Shown one piece after another: positions 17,684 through 32,600 of a stretch of DNA of 64,000 nucleotides. A program made the position numbers and the translations under genes. A model generated the notes under the pieces. It did not search any database. It was not told the DNA's origin and was given only the letters and a program-made list of their open reading frames with translations. Every line of letters begins with the position of its first letter. The stretch's first letter is position 1. The stretch is taken from IMG/VR virus record IMGVR_UViG_3300033124_000584; one strand, 5' to 3'. Source of the stretch: a virus.

Positions 17684-20600
17684 ATGGCAACAAGAATTAG
17701 AACGCTGAATTTTTTACCTGAGATATTTCAAACAACAACTAATAGTCAATTTTTACAGGCTACATTAGATCAGTTGGTTGCCCAACCTAGTACGAAAAAG
17801 ATTGAGGGATATATAGGTAGTACATTTGGTTACGGTGTCAACGCTAACGACAAATATGTAATTGAACCTACTAAAGTTAGAACTGATTATCAGTTGGATC
17901 CCGGTGTTGTTTTCTTAAAAGAAAATGATACTACGGCTAATGATTTTATTAGCTATCCCGGTATACTTGATGCATTAAAACTCGAAGGTGCTATAACTGA
18001 TGACAACAGCAGACTATTTACTAGCCAATTTTATTCTTGGGATTCATTTACCGACTTAGATAAAATAATTAACTTTAATCAGTACTACTGGTTACCAGAA
18101 GGCCCTAATCGTGTAGTTATTTCTTCTGACATTGTTTACAATGCCGTAAACTTTACAGTAACAGATGAAGCAAATGATTATTTAATTTACTCAGATATTA
18201 ACCCTGTTGCAACACCAAACCCAACATTAACATTATTACGTGGTGGTACATATACTTTTAACGTAGACCAAGATACTCAATTTTGGATTCAAGGAATGCC
18301 CGGGGTTACTGGATATAGCCCGACAGAACCAAACGTACAAACACGTGACGTTTATGGTGTGACTAATAATGGCACAACACAGGGTGTTGTAACATTTACA
18401 GTTCCTGAAAAGAATGCACAAAGTGAATATAATTTTCCTTTAGGTCCCAGATGCGGAGTAGTATCTACTTTACCTTTTAGTGAAATTAACGGTGCTATTG
18501 TTTCTGCTATTGGTGGCATTGATGGTGTTACTGCATTAGATGGTCTAACTGTAATGTTTTATAATACCGGAGTAGCAGATGAATATGGTTTTATTCAAAA
18601 ATTCTATGACCAAACATTATATGATGAAGAAACAATAAATTCCGGTACACAAACAGTTAGTACAGATAGCGGCCCAGTTACATTTCCAGTAGGAGGCTCA
18701 CCTTATGTTTACCCTGGCACAGAACTAGATCAGGCAAATTTTGAAGGTGGTTACTATACTGAAGTAAATTCATATTTCTTCAATATAACTATATTGCCCG
18801 GAGATATTATACAACTTACTCCAGCCGGCATAATACCTACAAACCAGCAAATTATTCCTATATTTGGTAATGAGTATGCCAACAGGGGTTTTTATAGAAA
18901 CTCACTTGGGTCAATAGAATTAATTCCATATAACAGTGCTATTTTAGATCAACTATATTATCAGGACGGAACATCGGCTACTAAAGTTGGTGTAATTAGA
19001 TTAGTTGACAGCAACGTTACAAATGAAATTAATGTACCAACTGAAATATTAGGTAAAAAAACATATACAGCTCCCAATGGAGTAGTGTTTACTAATGGTT
19101 TAAAAATACTATTTCAAGGAAATGTATTTCCTAACTCTTATGATAATGTAGAATATTATGTTGAGGGTGTTGGCACTGCAATTGAATTAATTCCAGTCGC
19201 AACCTTAATAAGCCCGGGATTATTCTCAGCCGGAACATATATCCCGTTTGATACTACACCATATGACGTTGGTAATTATGATTCTGGATTATATATTCCA
19301 GTACAACAAGATTATATTACTATTGCGAGAAATGCAATTAATCGTAACGCATGGTCACGCAGTAATCGTTGGTTCCATATTGATGTTATTAATGCAACTG
19401 CAACATATAACAATGACCCTGCATTGGCAACGGAATGGGCTACTACTAATAATAAAGCCAAACGTCCTATTATAGAATTCTATCCTAACCTGCGATTGTT
19501 TAATTCAGGTGTACTAGGTAAAGATCCTATTGATTATATTGACACAAGAACAACAGATGCATTCACATTGGTTGCCGGTCAAGAAAGTTATTACCCGGAT
19601 GTGGCAGGATATACTACATACAATGCAACAATTGATCCTATAACCGGACCTATAACTAATCGAGTTATAACAAAAACAGCGGCATTGACCAATCAAATAA
19701 CATTAGATAGTACTGCTGGTTTATATATTAACGATACTATTACGGTTGATACTGATTTTGGTGGATTGTTAGCTCCTGATTTGGTTGCATTTCCACCAGA
19801 ACCTAACATATATTATATCATTGAAATTGCAGGAAATAATATAGTTGTATCAACAGAAAGACAAGGATCAGCAGTTACATTGACTACGGCTATTGGATCA
19901 GTCTCTACTGTTATTAAATCTTTTAGTACAATTGTTACTGTTCCTACAGATGATGTAAGTGGTTTGTTTGAAGTAGGACAATATATTATTGATTCTACTG
20001 GTTTATTACCTGCAGTAGCATATATAACAAATATTGTTACTAATACTACTGATACTATCATAACCGTTGGTTGGGATAACTATCAAACAATTGCTGGCAC
20101 ATCTGTTGCATCAGTTGTTACAGCCGATACTCCATTGAGCAATTATGCATTATTTGATGGTGCACGAATTGTGTTTGCTGTAGACACTAATTTATCCGTT
20201 AGAAATAAAATATATATTTCACGTTTTTCATCTATTACTGGAACATCAACACCTATCATTACCTTAACAGAAGCACCAAACGGTGATGTTCTACCTGACG
20301 AACAAACTGCGGTGTATCGAGGTTATAATAGTCAAGGTAAAGATTTTTACTTTGATGGTGTTGAATGGTATGCTGGTCAACAAAAGACTACTGTTAATCA
20401 ACCACCTTATTTTGATATATTTGATAATAACGGTGTAAGTTTTGGAGATCCAACTGTATATATTGGAACGTCATTTGTTGGTAGCACGTTATTTGCATAT
20501 GGTTTAGGTACAGGCCCCGATGATGCAATATTAGGATTTCCAATACGCTATAGTTCTGTTGATAATGTAGGTGATACTAGTTTTGATGTCACATTGAACT

Positions 20601-23600
20601 CACAGACATTTAATTATGTTAGTGGCACTGCACCAATTACACAAAATGTAAATACAGGTTATGTATATAATTATACAGATAGACTTAGTTATGTACGACA
20701 ATTAGGTTGGCAAACAGCCGTATCACCTAGTGTACAATATCAAATCTTTGAATTTGATTGGTCTCCTGCTGTTCAATCATTCACATTTACATGTGATGTT
20801 GCACCTGTAAGTAGTAACTCTACTAATTGGCCAGTGGTTCAAGTTTATATTAATAATGTATACCAAGATCCAGCAACGATGTATACGTATACGACAACTG
20901 ATACATCTACAACAGTAACAATGACTATTAATTCTTTGGTAGATACGGTCATTCAAGTACTGATATTAAGCGATCAAATAAGCAATACTGCATACTATGG
21001 TATACCAATTAACTTAAGTAATAATCCATTCAATGAAGATGTTACTACTGTTAACGTTGGTGACATTCGTGGCCAATATCAAAGTATTTTCTACAACAAT
21101 CCAAATACAGCCGGTGAAATCTTTGGACCTAATAATTATCGTGATTTAGGTAATATGGTTCCATGGGGCAATAGAATTATTCAAAATAGTGGTTCGTTAG
21201 CATTACCAGGAACTTTCTTACGTAAACAAAGCCACAATTTATTCAATTCATTATTATATAATAGCAGACAATATATTACTTTCAAAACATTGTTAGTAGA
21301 TACTATTAATAATACAAATTATACTAGTAGATTAACTCCAGCCGAAATGCTTGACGATGCAATGGATCAAATAACAGCAAGTAAGACTGATAGTCAGCCT
21401 TTCTTCTGGAGTGATATGTTGCCTTCCAAGTCAGCATATATCAGTAACACTTATAGTTTTGCTAACTCACTTGATGTTAGTATCTATCCATTAAGCAGAA
21501 TTTATAATTTTGCTACTGCAAATTATTATGGTGTACTAGTATATCTAGTACGTAATGGAGTTACAACTCAATTGATTACGGGTATTGACTATACAGTAAG
21601 TACTACAGCACCTTCATTGACTGTTACTACAGACTTGTTGCCTAATGACCAGATTATAATCAATGAGTACAATCAAACATACGGAAACTATGTTCCAAAC
21701 ACACCTACGAAATTAGGTTTGTTCCCAGCAACAGTACCCGCAGTAACATTAGATACAGCATACACAGAACCTACATATTTTATTGTAGGACATGATGGTT
21801 CATACACTAAGTTATATGGAGAATATTTTCCTGAAACCAATACACTAGAAGATTTCAGAGACCAAGTGTTATTGGAATACGAAACACGTGTATACAATAA
21901 TTTAAAATTAAGCAATGTTATTCCAATTGAATTATCTGAAATTCTACCTGGATTTTTTAGAACAACCGATTATTCATATGACGAATTTTTACAAATCTAT
22001 TCTGAATCTTTCTTAAATTGGGCCGGCGAAAATAGAATTAATTATAAGAAACAATTGTTTAATAAAAACAATCAATTTACTTTTAATTACGACAGCAACA
22101 GTAGCAAAATAGATGGCTCTGCAATTGAGCAAGGTTATTTCAGAGGATTGTATTTGTATTATTATGATACTTCTACACCAGATAAAACACCATGGCAAAT
22201 GATAGGTTATGAAAATGAACCCACATGGTGGACAAGTCGCTACGGCGCGGCACCCTATACTAGTGACAACTTAGTATTGTGGGGTGATATGTCTGAGGGT
22301 GTTGATTGGAATGACGGTAATCCAGTAATAATACCTAGATATATTCGTTCCGGTTTACTTGAAGTAATACCAGTAGATAGCAACGGTAATTTGTTAGCAC
22401 CGTTTGAGGCTATTCTAGGAAATTATAATCAAAATACATTTAACCGCGACTGGCAAGTAGGTGATGTGGGTCCTGCTGAATTTAGCTATAGACGTAGCAG
22501 TACATGGGCATTTGATTTAATGCGAATACTAGCACTGACACGACCAGCTGAATTCTTTAATTTAGCTGTTGATGTTGACAATTACAAATATAATGCAGAA
22601 TTTAATCAGTTCCTAGTCAATGATAGAAGTCATTTGGCAATTAGTGATATATTAATATACGGTGATGGAACTCCTGCAACTAGCTATATTAACTGGATAG
22701 TTGATTATGAAAAACAAGTTGGTATTGATGCAACAACTAACATCACTACCCTATTAGATAACCTAGATGTGCGTTTAGTTTATCGTATTGCTGGATATAG
22801 TGATAAAGATTTACTACAATTCTATGTTGAAAAGAGTTCAGCAAATAGTAATAATAGTTCATTGTTAATTCCTGATGAGAGTTATCAAGTTTTATTATAT
22901 GATAACCAGCCCTTTGACAGAATAGTATATTCTGGGGTAGTTGTTCAGATATCTGAAAATGGATACAAGATTTTTGGTAATTCACAGACAGATGCTTATT
23001 TTACTACAGTAGTTCCTAAAAATAATGGAGTTACTGAGTCAATTACAGTAGAAAATTTAACAGTCAAATTAGCTACTAGTTTCTATGATAAAACTGTTTT
23101 AATTCCATATGGTACTGAATTCTATTCAGTTCAGGAAGTAGCACAATTCTTAAATTGCTACGGCAAATATTTAGAAACTCAAGGACTAGTGTTTGACCAG
23201 ATAGAAAACGGTATACCGGTTACATGGCAACAAATGATTGCAGAGTATATGTATTGGTCACAAATGGGATGGGAATTAGGAAGCATCACTACTATAAATC
23301 CTGGAGCCACATTATTATCTATTAACCGTGATAGTTACATTGTACAACCATTAACATTGCGTCAACAAAACTTTGTATTAAATCAAAATTTATATCCAAT
23401 ACAATCTTCTGATTTGGCCATCGTGCGTGAAGGAACAGCGTTCACAGCCCAACCCTTGAATCAAGGTGATGCAATTAGTTATGGTCAATTCAATATCAGT
23501 AATTTTGAACATGGTATTGTTTTCAACAATGTTACATTGTTCAATGATATCATTTACAATTTAGTTACTGGTCTAAGACAAAATCGAATTTTTGTACGAG

Positions 23601-26600
23601 GTGCCAAAACAGCAGAGTGGAATGGTACAGTAGATGCATTCGGCTTTATTCTTAATCAAGACAACATTCAACAATGGAATAGTGAATTAAAATACACTAA
23701 AGGTGAAATTGTTCTTTATAAGAACAGATATTGGAGTGCTTTAACAATTGTTCAAGCTAAACAAGTTTTTGATGAGATGGATTGGAAAGAAGTCCCGTAT
23801 GAGCAAATTCAAAAGGGATTATTACCTAATAGTCAAACACGTTCGTATGAAAGCACATTGTACTATAATTCAAATACTACTAATTTAGAAAATGATGCGG
23901 ATTTATTAAGTTTTAGTTTAATTGGATATCGTCCAAGAGATTATTTGGCCACTGCAAATCTAACAGATATTACGCAAGTCAATGTTTACAAAAACATGAT
24001 TAAACAAAAAGGTACATTAAATGCCGCTAGTGCATTCAAGGGTGCCACACTGGCGCAAGGTGGTATTGATTATGACATTTATGAAAACTGGGCTATCAAG
24101 TCAGGTGAATATGGCGGTGTACTAAACAATAACTTTATTGAAGTTAGGTTGCAAGAGTCAGTGCTTACTGGTAATCCTAGTATTGTTGGATTGACTAGTG
24201 GCGTATATACTGATGGCGTACAACAAGAAATACCATTATACTCTATCTTTAATTACGGAAGACCAATTAATTCTCCGGACGTATTACCTACAATTAGTTC
24301 ATCAGAGCCATCTACGCTATTACCAACTGCAGGATATGTAAATTACAATGACGTTAAAATGTCAAGTTATTTCTATTCTGGATTAGCAAATGCACGTAAT
24401 GCGGCTAATGTCAGAGTTCCTATTAATCAATTCTATGTGCGTGATTATGTTTGGTTGGCAAATTATCTAGCCGATTGGCAAGTTTATACTCCTGTAAGTT
24501 TGGGATCAATAACTAATGCAAAAAATAATTTAAATGGTACAGTCACTATTACGTTTAGTCAAGCACACAATTTAACTAAGTATCAACTTTTTGCAATATT
24601 AAACTTTAATACACAAATTAATAATTATTATATTGTGGCAGCAGTAGTGGATCCATTTAGAGTTATTATCAACTTATCATTGCCATCAACTATAACTACA
24701 CTTACTGGTCAAGGCATTGGTTTCAAAATGCAAAGTCAGCGTGTTGCAACAGCACCGGAGATTGCAAATTTACCGTCATTATTAGATAATGAGTTTAATA
24801 AACTTAAAGTTTGGGTCGATACAAACAATGATGGTAGCTGGGCTGTATTCCGTAAGTCATTAAATTATCAATATGATAAAGAAATATTAAGAACAGATAG
24901 TCAAACATTTGGTAGTGCAGTAGCGTATACTCCGTTGATGGGATATCTGATTGGTGATGCAGACATAGGAAAAGTATATAGATATTCATTTGATATTAGT
25001 ACTGATTCATATATCGTTGACGAAATTATTACACAGGGTGCATCATTTGGCTCAACAATCACATATGTAGATGATATATTTGTAATATCAGAACCTACAG
25101 GAACACCTAAGGTATATGTTTATCAATTATTAACAACAACGTTGGTAAATGAAATTGATTTATACCAAACTATTACTGCACCCGGTGGCGTAACAAATTG
25201 GGGGAGTGCAACAGCACTATCTGGTGATAAGAATTGGTTATACATTTCTGCAACTGACTTGAATAGAGTATATGTATACAGATTGTCAGCATTAACTAAT
25301 GAATATGAATTGTCAACATACTTTACTGTAGCCGGTTTAACATCAGGAGATCAATTTGGATATTCAATTGCGACAGATTATTACGGTGATACAGTAGTAG
25401 TTGGCGCGCCATATCAAAATTATGATATTAATACTGAAAACTACGGCTACACTTATGCATTTGCCAGAACAGTTCAGAACTTTGAAGTACAGGCTACGAG
25501 CCAATCATATGTACCGCAGTCATTCCCGTTGACATGGACGCCCTCAACATTATCTACTACTGCTAATACTATATCAGGTAATGCTATTACTTTGGGAAGT
25601 GTGTCAGGATTGAGTGATGGAGTTAATGGAACACCAATAGTATTCACTGGTACACCATATGGTGGAATATCCGCTAATACTGTTTATTATGTAAAACAAA
25701 TTTCCGGATCAACTATTACAATTTCATTAACACGAAATGGTACTGCGCTTACGTTAACTAACAGTACAGGAACAATGACAGCTACTGGTCAAACAACACC
25801 GTTGTTTGTCAATGTTAACGGAACACCGTTAGAAGATAACACTTACGCTGTTATCAGTTCAACGTTGTACATCTATAGTGGTCAGACACCAACATTAAAT
25901 GCAGGTGATATTGTCAATGTAAGTGGCTCTAACTTTGTATTAGCACAAACATTAACTAATGAAGAACCTCCAAGAATAGGTGTACAATTTGGTACAAGCG
26001 TTGACACTAACAACTTTGCTAATGAAATATTAGTGGGTGCACCGTTTGAATTAAGTGATACTAACCAAGAAGGTGCAGTACATCGATATACAAATGGTGG
26101 TGAGAAATATGGTATCATTATTGGTACAGCAGATTGTAATATTACTACTCAACGAGTAATACTATTGAATGGATATTCAATTACATTACCTGTTGGCAAT
26201 GCAACAGTTGTATCCAATGCTATTAATTCTGCTGGTATTACTAATATCACATCAACTGCAATTGATGGAAAACTTATTATTCAATTGATAGATATAGCAA
26301 TTGGTGTACCAAGTAATAAATTATCATTGACTGTATTAAACAGCGCAACATTAGCTGAAATGGGTGTAAATCTTTATACTCAAACACAAAAAATATTATG
26401 TCCACATACTATTGGACCAACACAATTTGGTACTGTAGTTAAATTCAATGAGCAAGGTTCATTTGTAGCCAGCGCGCCTACAGGAATGCGTTACAGTTCA
26501 ACTACATTTGATTTTAGTGATGATGAATTAGATAACGATACAGTATTTGATAATAATGCTACTCAATGGGTAGACACATTTACAAATGCTGGTGCAGTTT

Positions 26601-29600
26601 ACATGTTTGATTACCTATCAACATATAATGAAAATTTAAATGTTCCGGGTAAGTTTGCATATGCTCAAAGTGTAAATGCACAAAACTTAGATTACGGTGC
26701 TCAACCAATGTATGGTCAAGCAATTGATTTTAACAATAATCATGTTATCATTGGTACACCTAATTTCAATCCAACATCAAACCCAGAAGACACAAATGGT
26801 CAGGTAATAAGCTATATAAGTTTAAGTAGTGAACCAGATTGGGCAGTATATAGAAGTTCAGCACCGGTTGTTGATATTAATAGCATAGGTCCAATACAAT
26901 TGTTCAGTGCGTCAACAAATAATACATTAGAAAACTTAGATTATTTTGATCCATTGCAAGGTAAGTTATTGGGAGCAGTACAAGAAAACATTGATGTTAT
27001 ATCAAATAATGATCCTGCCGCTTATAACAATCCTGGAAATACACAACGTGGTATTGTTTGGGGAGCAAGTCAAGTTGGACAAATTTGGTTTAATACTACC
27101 AATACACGCTTTGTTAACTATCATCAAAATGATGTAACATACAATAGTCAATATTGGGGTAGAGTATTTACGGGAAGTGACGTAGCTGTTTGCTCTTGGA
27201 TAGAAAGCGATGTTCCTCCTACGCAGTATATCGGACCCGGTACACCGTTTAACATAAACACTTATGCTATTCATGCTGTACTTAATACTGAAGGCACGGT
27301 AGTACCGGTTTATTACTATTGGGTAAGAAATACTAATATTGTTTTTACTCAAAGAGGAAAAACTTTAGCAGACTCAACTATTCAATCTTATATTGCACAA
27401 CCACAAAATACCGGTATAGGTTATTTTGCACCATTGCAATCTAATATTTTTGCACTTTATAATTCTGCATCATATATAAATGCAAACGATACAGTACTGC
27501 ATATTGGTTATGCGTCCGGTTCGAGTGACGATGTAGCACACAATCAATTTAGTTTAATTCGTGCCGGGTACGCCGATGATTTCTTAAATGGTATCCCTGG
27601 ATCAGGCGCGGCATATCAAAATCACGGTGCAGTTGGAATCGATCAACCAATTGGATTATACAATAGGATGCTAGATAGTTTAGCTGGGGTTGATAACTCC
27701 GGTGCAGTGGTTCCTAATCCATTCTTACCAAAACCTGTACAATCAGGTGTTCTTGCTAGACCAAGACAAAGTTTCTTCTATAATAGATATAACGCATTAA
27801 AGAATTATTTACAATATGCTAACGCTATAATGGCACAATTCCCTATTGTAGAAATAAGAAATCCTCAATTCTTATACAGAGTAGGTGAAATTAATCCAAC
27901 AACAGATCAACCATTCTTTGACACAACAAAGTATTGGAATTTAATTACCTGGTGGGCTCCTGGATATAACAATAACACACGTGCTTCATTGCAAGTACCA
28001 ATCTATGCTGATTTATCAACCTTAAATGTTGATACAGGTACCATCGTCACTGTTGCTACTAATGGTGCCGGAAATGCTGAAACTTATGTTCTAAGTGCAG
28101 ATGGCAATTGGACACGTATTGGTTTAGAAAACGGAACTATTGAGTTTAGTAATTATCTTTGGGATTATTCTGCGGCTAAATTGGGCTGGGGCGATAACTT
28201 TTTTGATACTACACCATACGATGAGTATCCAAGCGAAGAAACACGTTATATCGTTCGTGCATTAAATGAAGAAATATATACAAACGAATTATTAGTATAT
28301 AGAAATAAGAGTTTGATATTATTATTTGAATACATTCAAAGTGAAACTATTGAAAGTCAAAATTTCTTACCATGGTTAAATAAAACTTCATTTATTGATG
28401 TATCACACACTATTCGTGAACTACGTCCAATAGAAGTATTCCAATCAGACTATCAAGATTTCTTGACTGGCTATCTAAATGAGGTTAAACCATATCATGT
28501 GGTTATTAAAGAATTCTTGTTTAAATATACCGGTATTGATGTTTTTGAAGGTGATATTACTGACTTTGATTTACCGGCACAGTGGAGCCCATCAACACAA
28601 ACATTTATATCACCTGAATTGGTATATGCAAATCCAAATACCATTGATGAATTTTTACCAACAGATACAATTTGGCAATCACCTTCATATAGTCAATGGT
28701 ATCAACATTATGGTTTAAGTATCGTTGGTCAACCGGCATATCCTATATCAATACTAGAATCATTTATACCATTAAATTCTAATTCAATGTATGTTGATAA
28801 TGCTACTGGTTTCCCGGTAACCGGAGTAGTATTAATTGGTACCGAATTGATATCATATAACACAGTTAATTTAGCAACTAATCAATTATCAGGATTATCT
28901 CGAGGAGTGAATGGTACACCTATACAAATTCATGTACCTGGGGAACAAATTATTATAGATTTACCTGCGGTATTAGTTTTAAACTCAGGCCGTTCTTATG
29001 CTAATCCTCCGTTAATTACTGCAAGTATTGATACTACGTTATATCCGGCACCAAGAGTGCCTGCTCAATTAGAACCTATAATGAGCCTTGACAAGGTTAT
29101 AGGTGTGAATGTGATTAATCCAGGTGAAGGTTATGTTGTATTACCTACAATTAACATCGAACCTGCTTTTATAGTTAGTGTAAATAGTACCAGCGTGAAC
29201 TTAGTTAATAATACAATTGGATTAGTATCTGCTACATTGCAAACCGGAGATTTAGTTGTTTATAATCCTGGTAGTGGTTCTACTCAAATTGGTGGTTTAG
29301 ATGTTGGCCAACGTTACTATATTGGTTTGTTAGAATCTACACCATCACCAATTATTGCTATCTATAGTACATATAGTGACGCATTATATGATCGTGATAG
29401 AATTGTTTTAACCAGTACTGGTACTGGAACACAGAAATTCAGTGTTGGTGCGTATGCTTCTTGTGTAACAAGCGCAACACCAGTAAGAGAAAACAACATA
29501 ACATTACGATTTGATAGAACTTCATATACCTCTAAGGTAATAGATTGGGAACCAGCTGGATTCTACGGTTCATTCTATGCAGGTGATTATGCAGATGAAC

Positions 29601-32600
29601 AGATATTTTCTTCATCATCAATTAAACTATACAGCACGAATCCGCCGATTGGTGGTATTCTTGCAGGAGAAACATTTGGTATTACTGCATCCTCACAGGG
29701 TGGAGTATTTCAAATATTAGATGTTGAAAATTTACAGACACTAACATGGTCATCACGTACAAGAGATACAGTACAGACATATGGATCTGCATCACTATAT
29801 CCAAATGCTATTCGTATTAATCCTAGTACAGGTGGTGCTGAAGTAGCCGGAGAAATTGGTTCTACGATTGGTTTCTACATTGGTATGCCAATTAAATTTG
29901 TAGGTGCTGTCCCTGTAGGTAGCCCAATTATATCATCTAGCCCATCTGTGGATAACAAATATTATGTTAAATCATTGGTACAATTACCAAACCCTGACAC
30001 GGGTTTATTAGAAGATACTGGTTTCACTATATCAGATACAGTTGATGTTAATGGTAACCCAGGTTCTGTTTTAGTATTAAACACAGCACCGGTACCAACA
30101 GCAGGACTAACATTATATGTAGGTAATTTAACTAATACAGCATTACTGACTATTAATTATGATGGATTAAGAAATGCATCTGCAACATCCTCAACTAATA
30201 ATTCAGTAACAGTTGATTTAACTGTTACTGGTCAAGCTGGAACCAGTCTGTTCTATACGGGACTTCCTATATTCTTTGTTGGCACTGAATTTGGCGGCAT
30301 CAACGAAAATAAACGTTATTATGTAAATGCGGTAATAGATGAAACTACATTTACAATGACTGAAACTTCTACTCCTACAATTATTGATTGTACTGAAACT
30401 GTTGCCGCCGGCAATTTAGTTATATGCACAACAACAGTTGATTTAAGCGTAAATGATCCTGTCATTTTTAATAATATGGGTATTAACGGAAACGCAGTAG
30501 CCACATTTGGTAATATTGAAAGTGGAACATTATACTACATTAGAGAAATAGTATCAACTAGTACGTTTACATTAAGCACATCAATTAATGGTCCTGTATT
30601 CGTATTAGCAAATCAGTCGGCTAGTAATGATACAATTGCACCTATGTTGTTACAAACTGAGGTTGTTCAGTTAACAACTGCAACTGGTTCAATGCAATTA
30701 AATGTTAATAATGCAATAAGTCCTGGACAAATTAGTGGACAACAATTTACATTGTATGGTCAATCTGGACCATATATTGACCAGTCAGGAATTGCATCTG
30801 ATTTAATTGATAGAGTAATTACATCTACTATTGGTACTATTGCTTTTCCTTACAATAGAGTATGTTTATCAAATATTGGTGGAGGAATAACAAACATCTA
30901 TGCAAATATGTATTTTGATGTTTCAGATAGTATTGGTGGATTAACACCCGGAGGTGGATCGGGTGTGGATGATTCATATGAGATAACTGGTACTGGAACT
31001 ACTGCTATTAACGTTACTAGAGCAGACTCATCGGGTAATTGGTTAGCAATCACATATACAACAAATCCTGACTATCCTGATACCAGTGACGCTTTATACG
31101 TAGGCATGCCTATATATTTTAGCGGAGAATCATTGGGAGGTGTGTTATTAGATACAGTATATTATGTTTATGAAATCGAAGCACCATCTGGTCTTTATCC
31201 TGGTGGTAGATTTAAACTGTCAGAAGATGTGGCTGTTCCACGTGATGTGTTTGTCATTAATTTTACTCAAACTGGTATAATGTTGGGCACCGGAGAGTCT
31301 TATGTTGAGGTAAGTGAGACACTAAGTACCGATGTTGCACTGTCTGATACTACTACATTAACTCAGGTTGTTCAAACTATTGCCGAATTTAATGTTAGTT
31401 CAAAGTTGGGCGGTTACTCTATATCACCAACTATAAATGGTACCGGATATGCGGTTAACAATCTTATTACAATTTTGGGTACAAATTTAGGTGGAACAAC
31501 ACCTACAAACGACTTACTATTGACTGTATTGACAATCGATAGCAACGGCGGTGTATTAACTGCAATTGCAGGTGGAACACCATCCGGAGTAGAAAATCAA
31601 TACTACTTAAAAGTAGTCAATGAAGGTCAGGTAGAAGTGTATAGTAATCCTAATATGACAGTTGCAGTAAGCGGTCAAAACTTCCCTTATGTTGGGGCAA
31701 CAATTACAACAGCAACAATAGCTACTGCATCTAACAACAGATTTACAGTAACTAGTTCTACAGATTTTAACATCAATGAACCGGTGGTATTTACTGGTAC
31801 AGTATTTGGAGGTGTTGTTCCAGCGCAGACTTATTATATTTTAACTAAGCCAACGTCAACTACAGTAACTATTTCTGATACAATTGGCGGAACAGTTTTT
31901 GATATTACAACAGATGCTACGGGTTCAATGACAATGGCATCGGCCGGCGACTATGCTTTATTACCTCAGCCTTTCTACTTTGATGCAAGTCTTGTGCGAT
32001 ATAATAACAATGTGTATCAATGTATTATCAGTAACAACGATTCAGAATTTATTATTGGTAAATGGGAATTATTGCAATCAGGTAATAGAAAATTAAATGC
32101 ATTAGACAGAGTTGTTGGTTATTACAAACCAGATAAAACTAATGTTGAGGCATGGAACCAATATATTAATATGCCCGGAGATGATCTAACACAATTATTT
32201 ACTGGTATAACTTATCCAAATAGCACCTATCAGGGTAACGCATTCCCTCCATCAGAAGAATTTGTACTTGATACTATATTAACTGACCAACCATTCTATC
32301 CAACTGGTATTAATTTAAAATCTATAGTTTGGAATGGATTATTATATTTGGCAGTATCTGATACTTCTACTAATGCATTGGTTAATGCAAGTACAAATAG
32401 TATTGATTGGACAATAAAACAGTTGGCAAATTCTCCAATTGGTATTACTGATTTAATATATGCAGGTGGAAAATATGTTGTTACCACAACTAATAATGCT
32501 ACTCCGATATTAACAAGTACCAACGGAGCTGAATGGGATTCTACTATTTCGTACACTCCGGTAAGTACAGCAACAAGTCAATCTCTTTCAATGAATGGTG

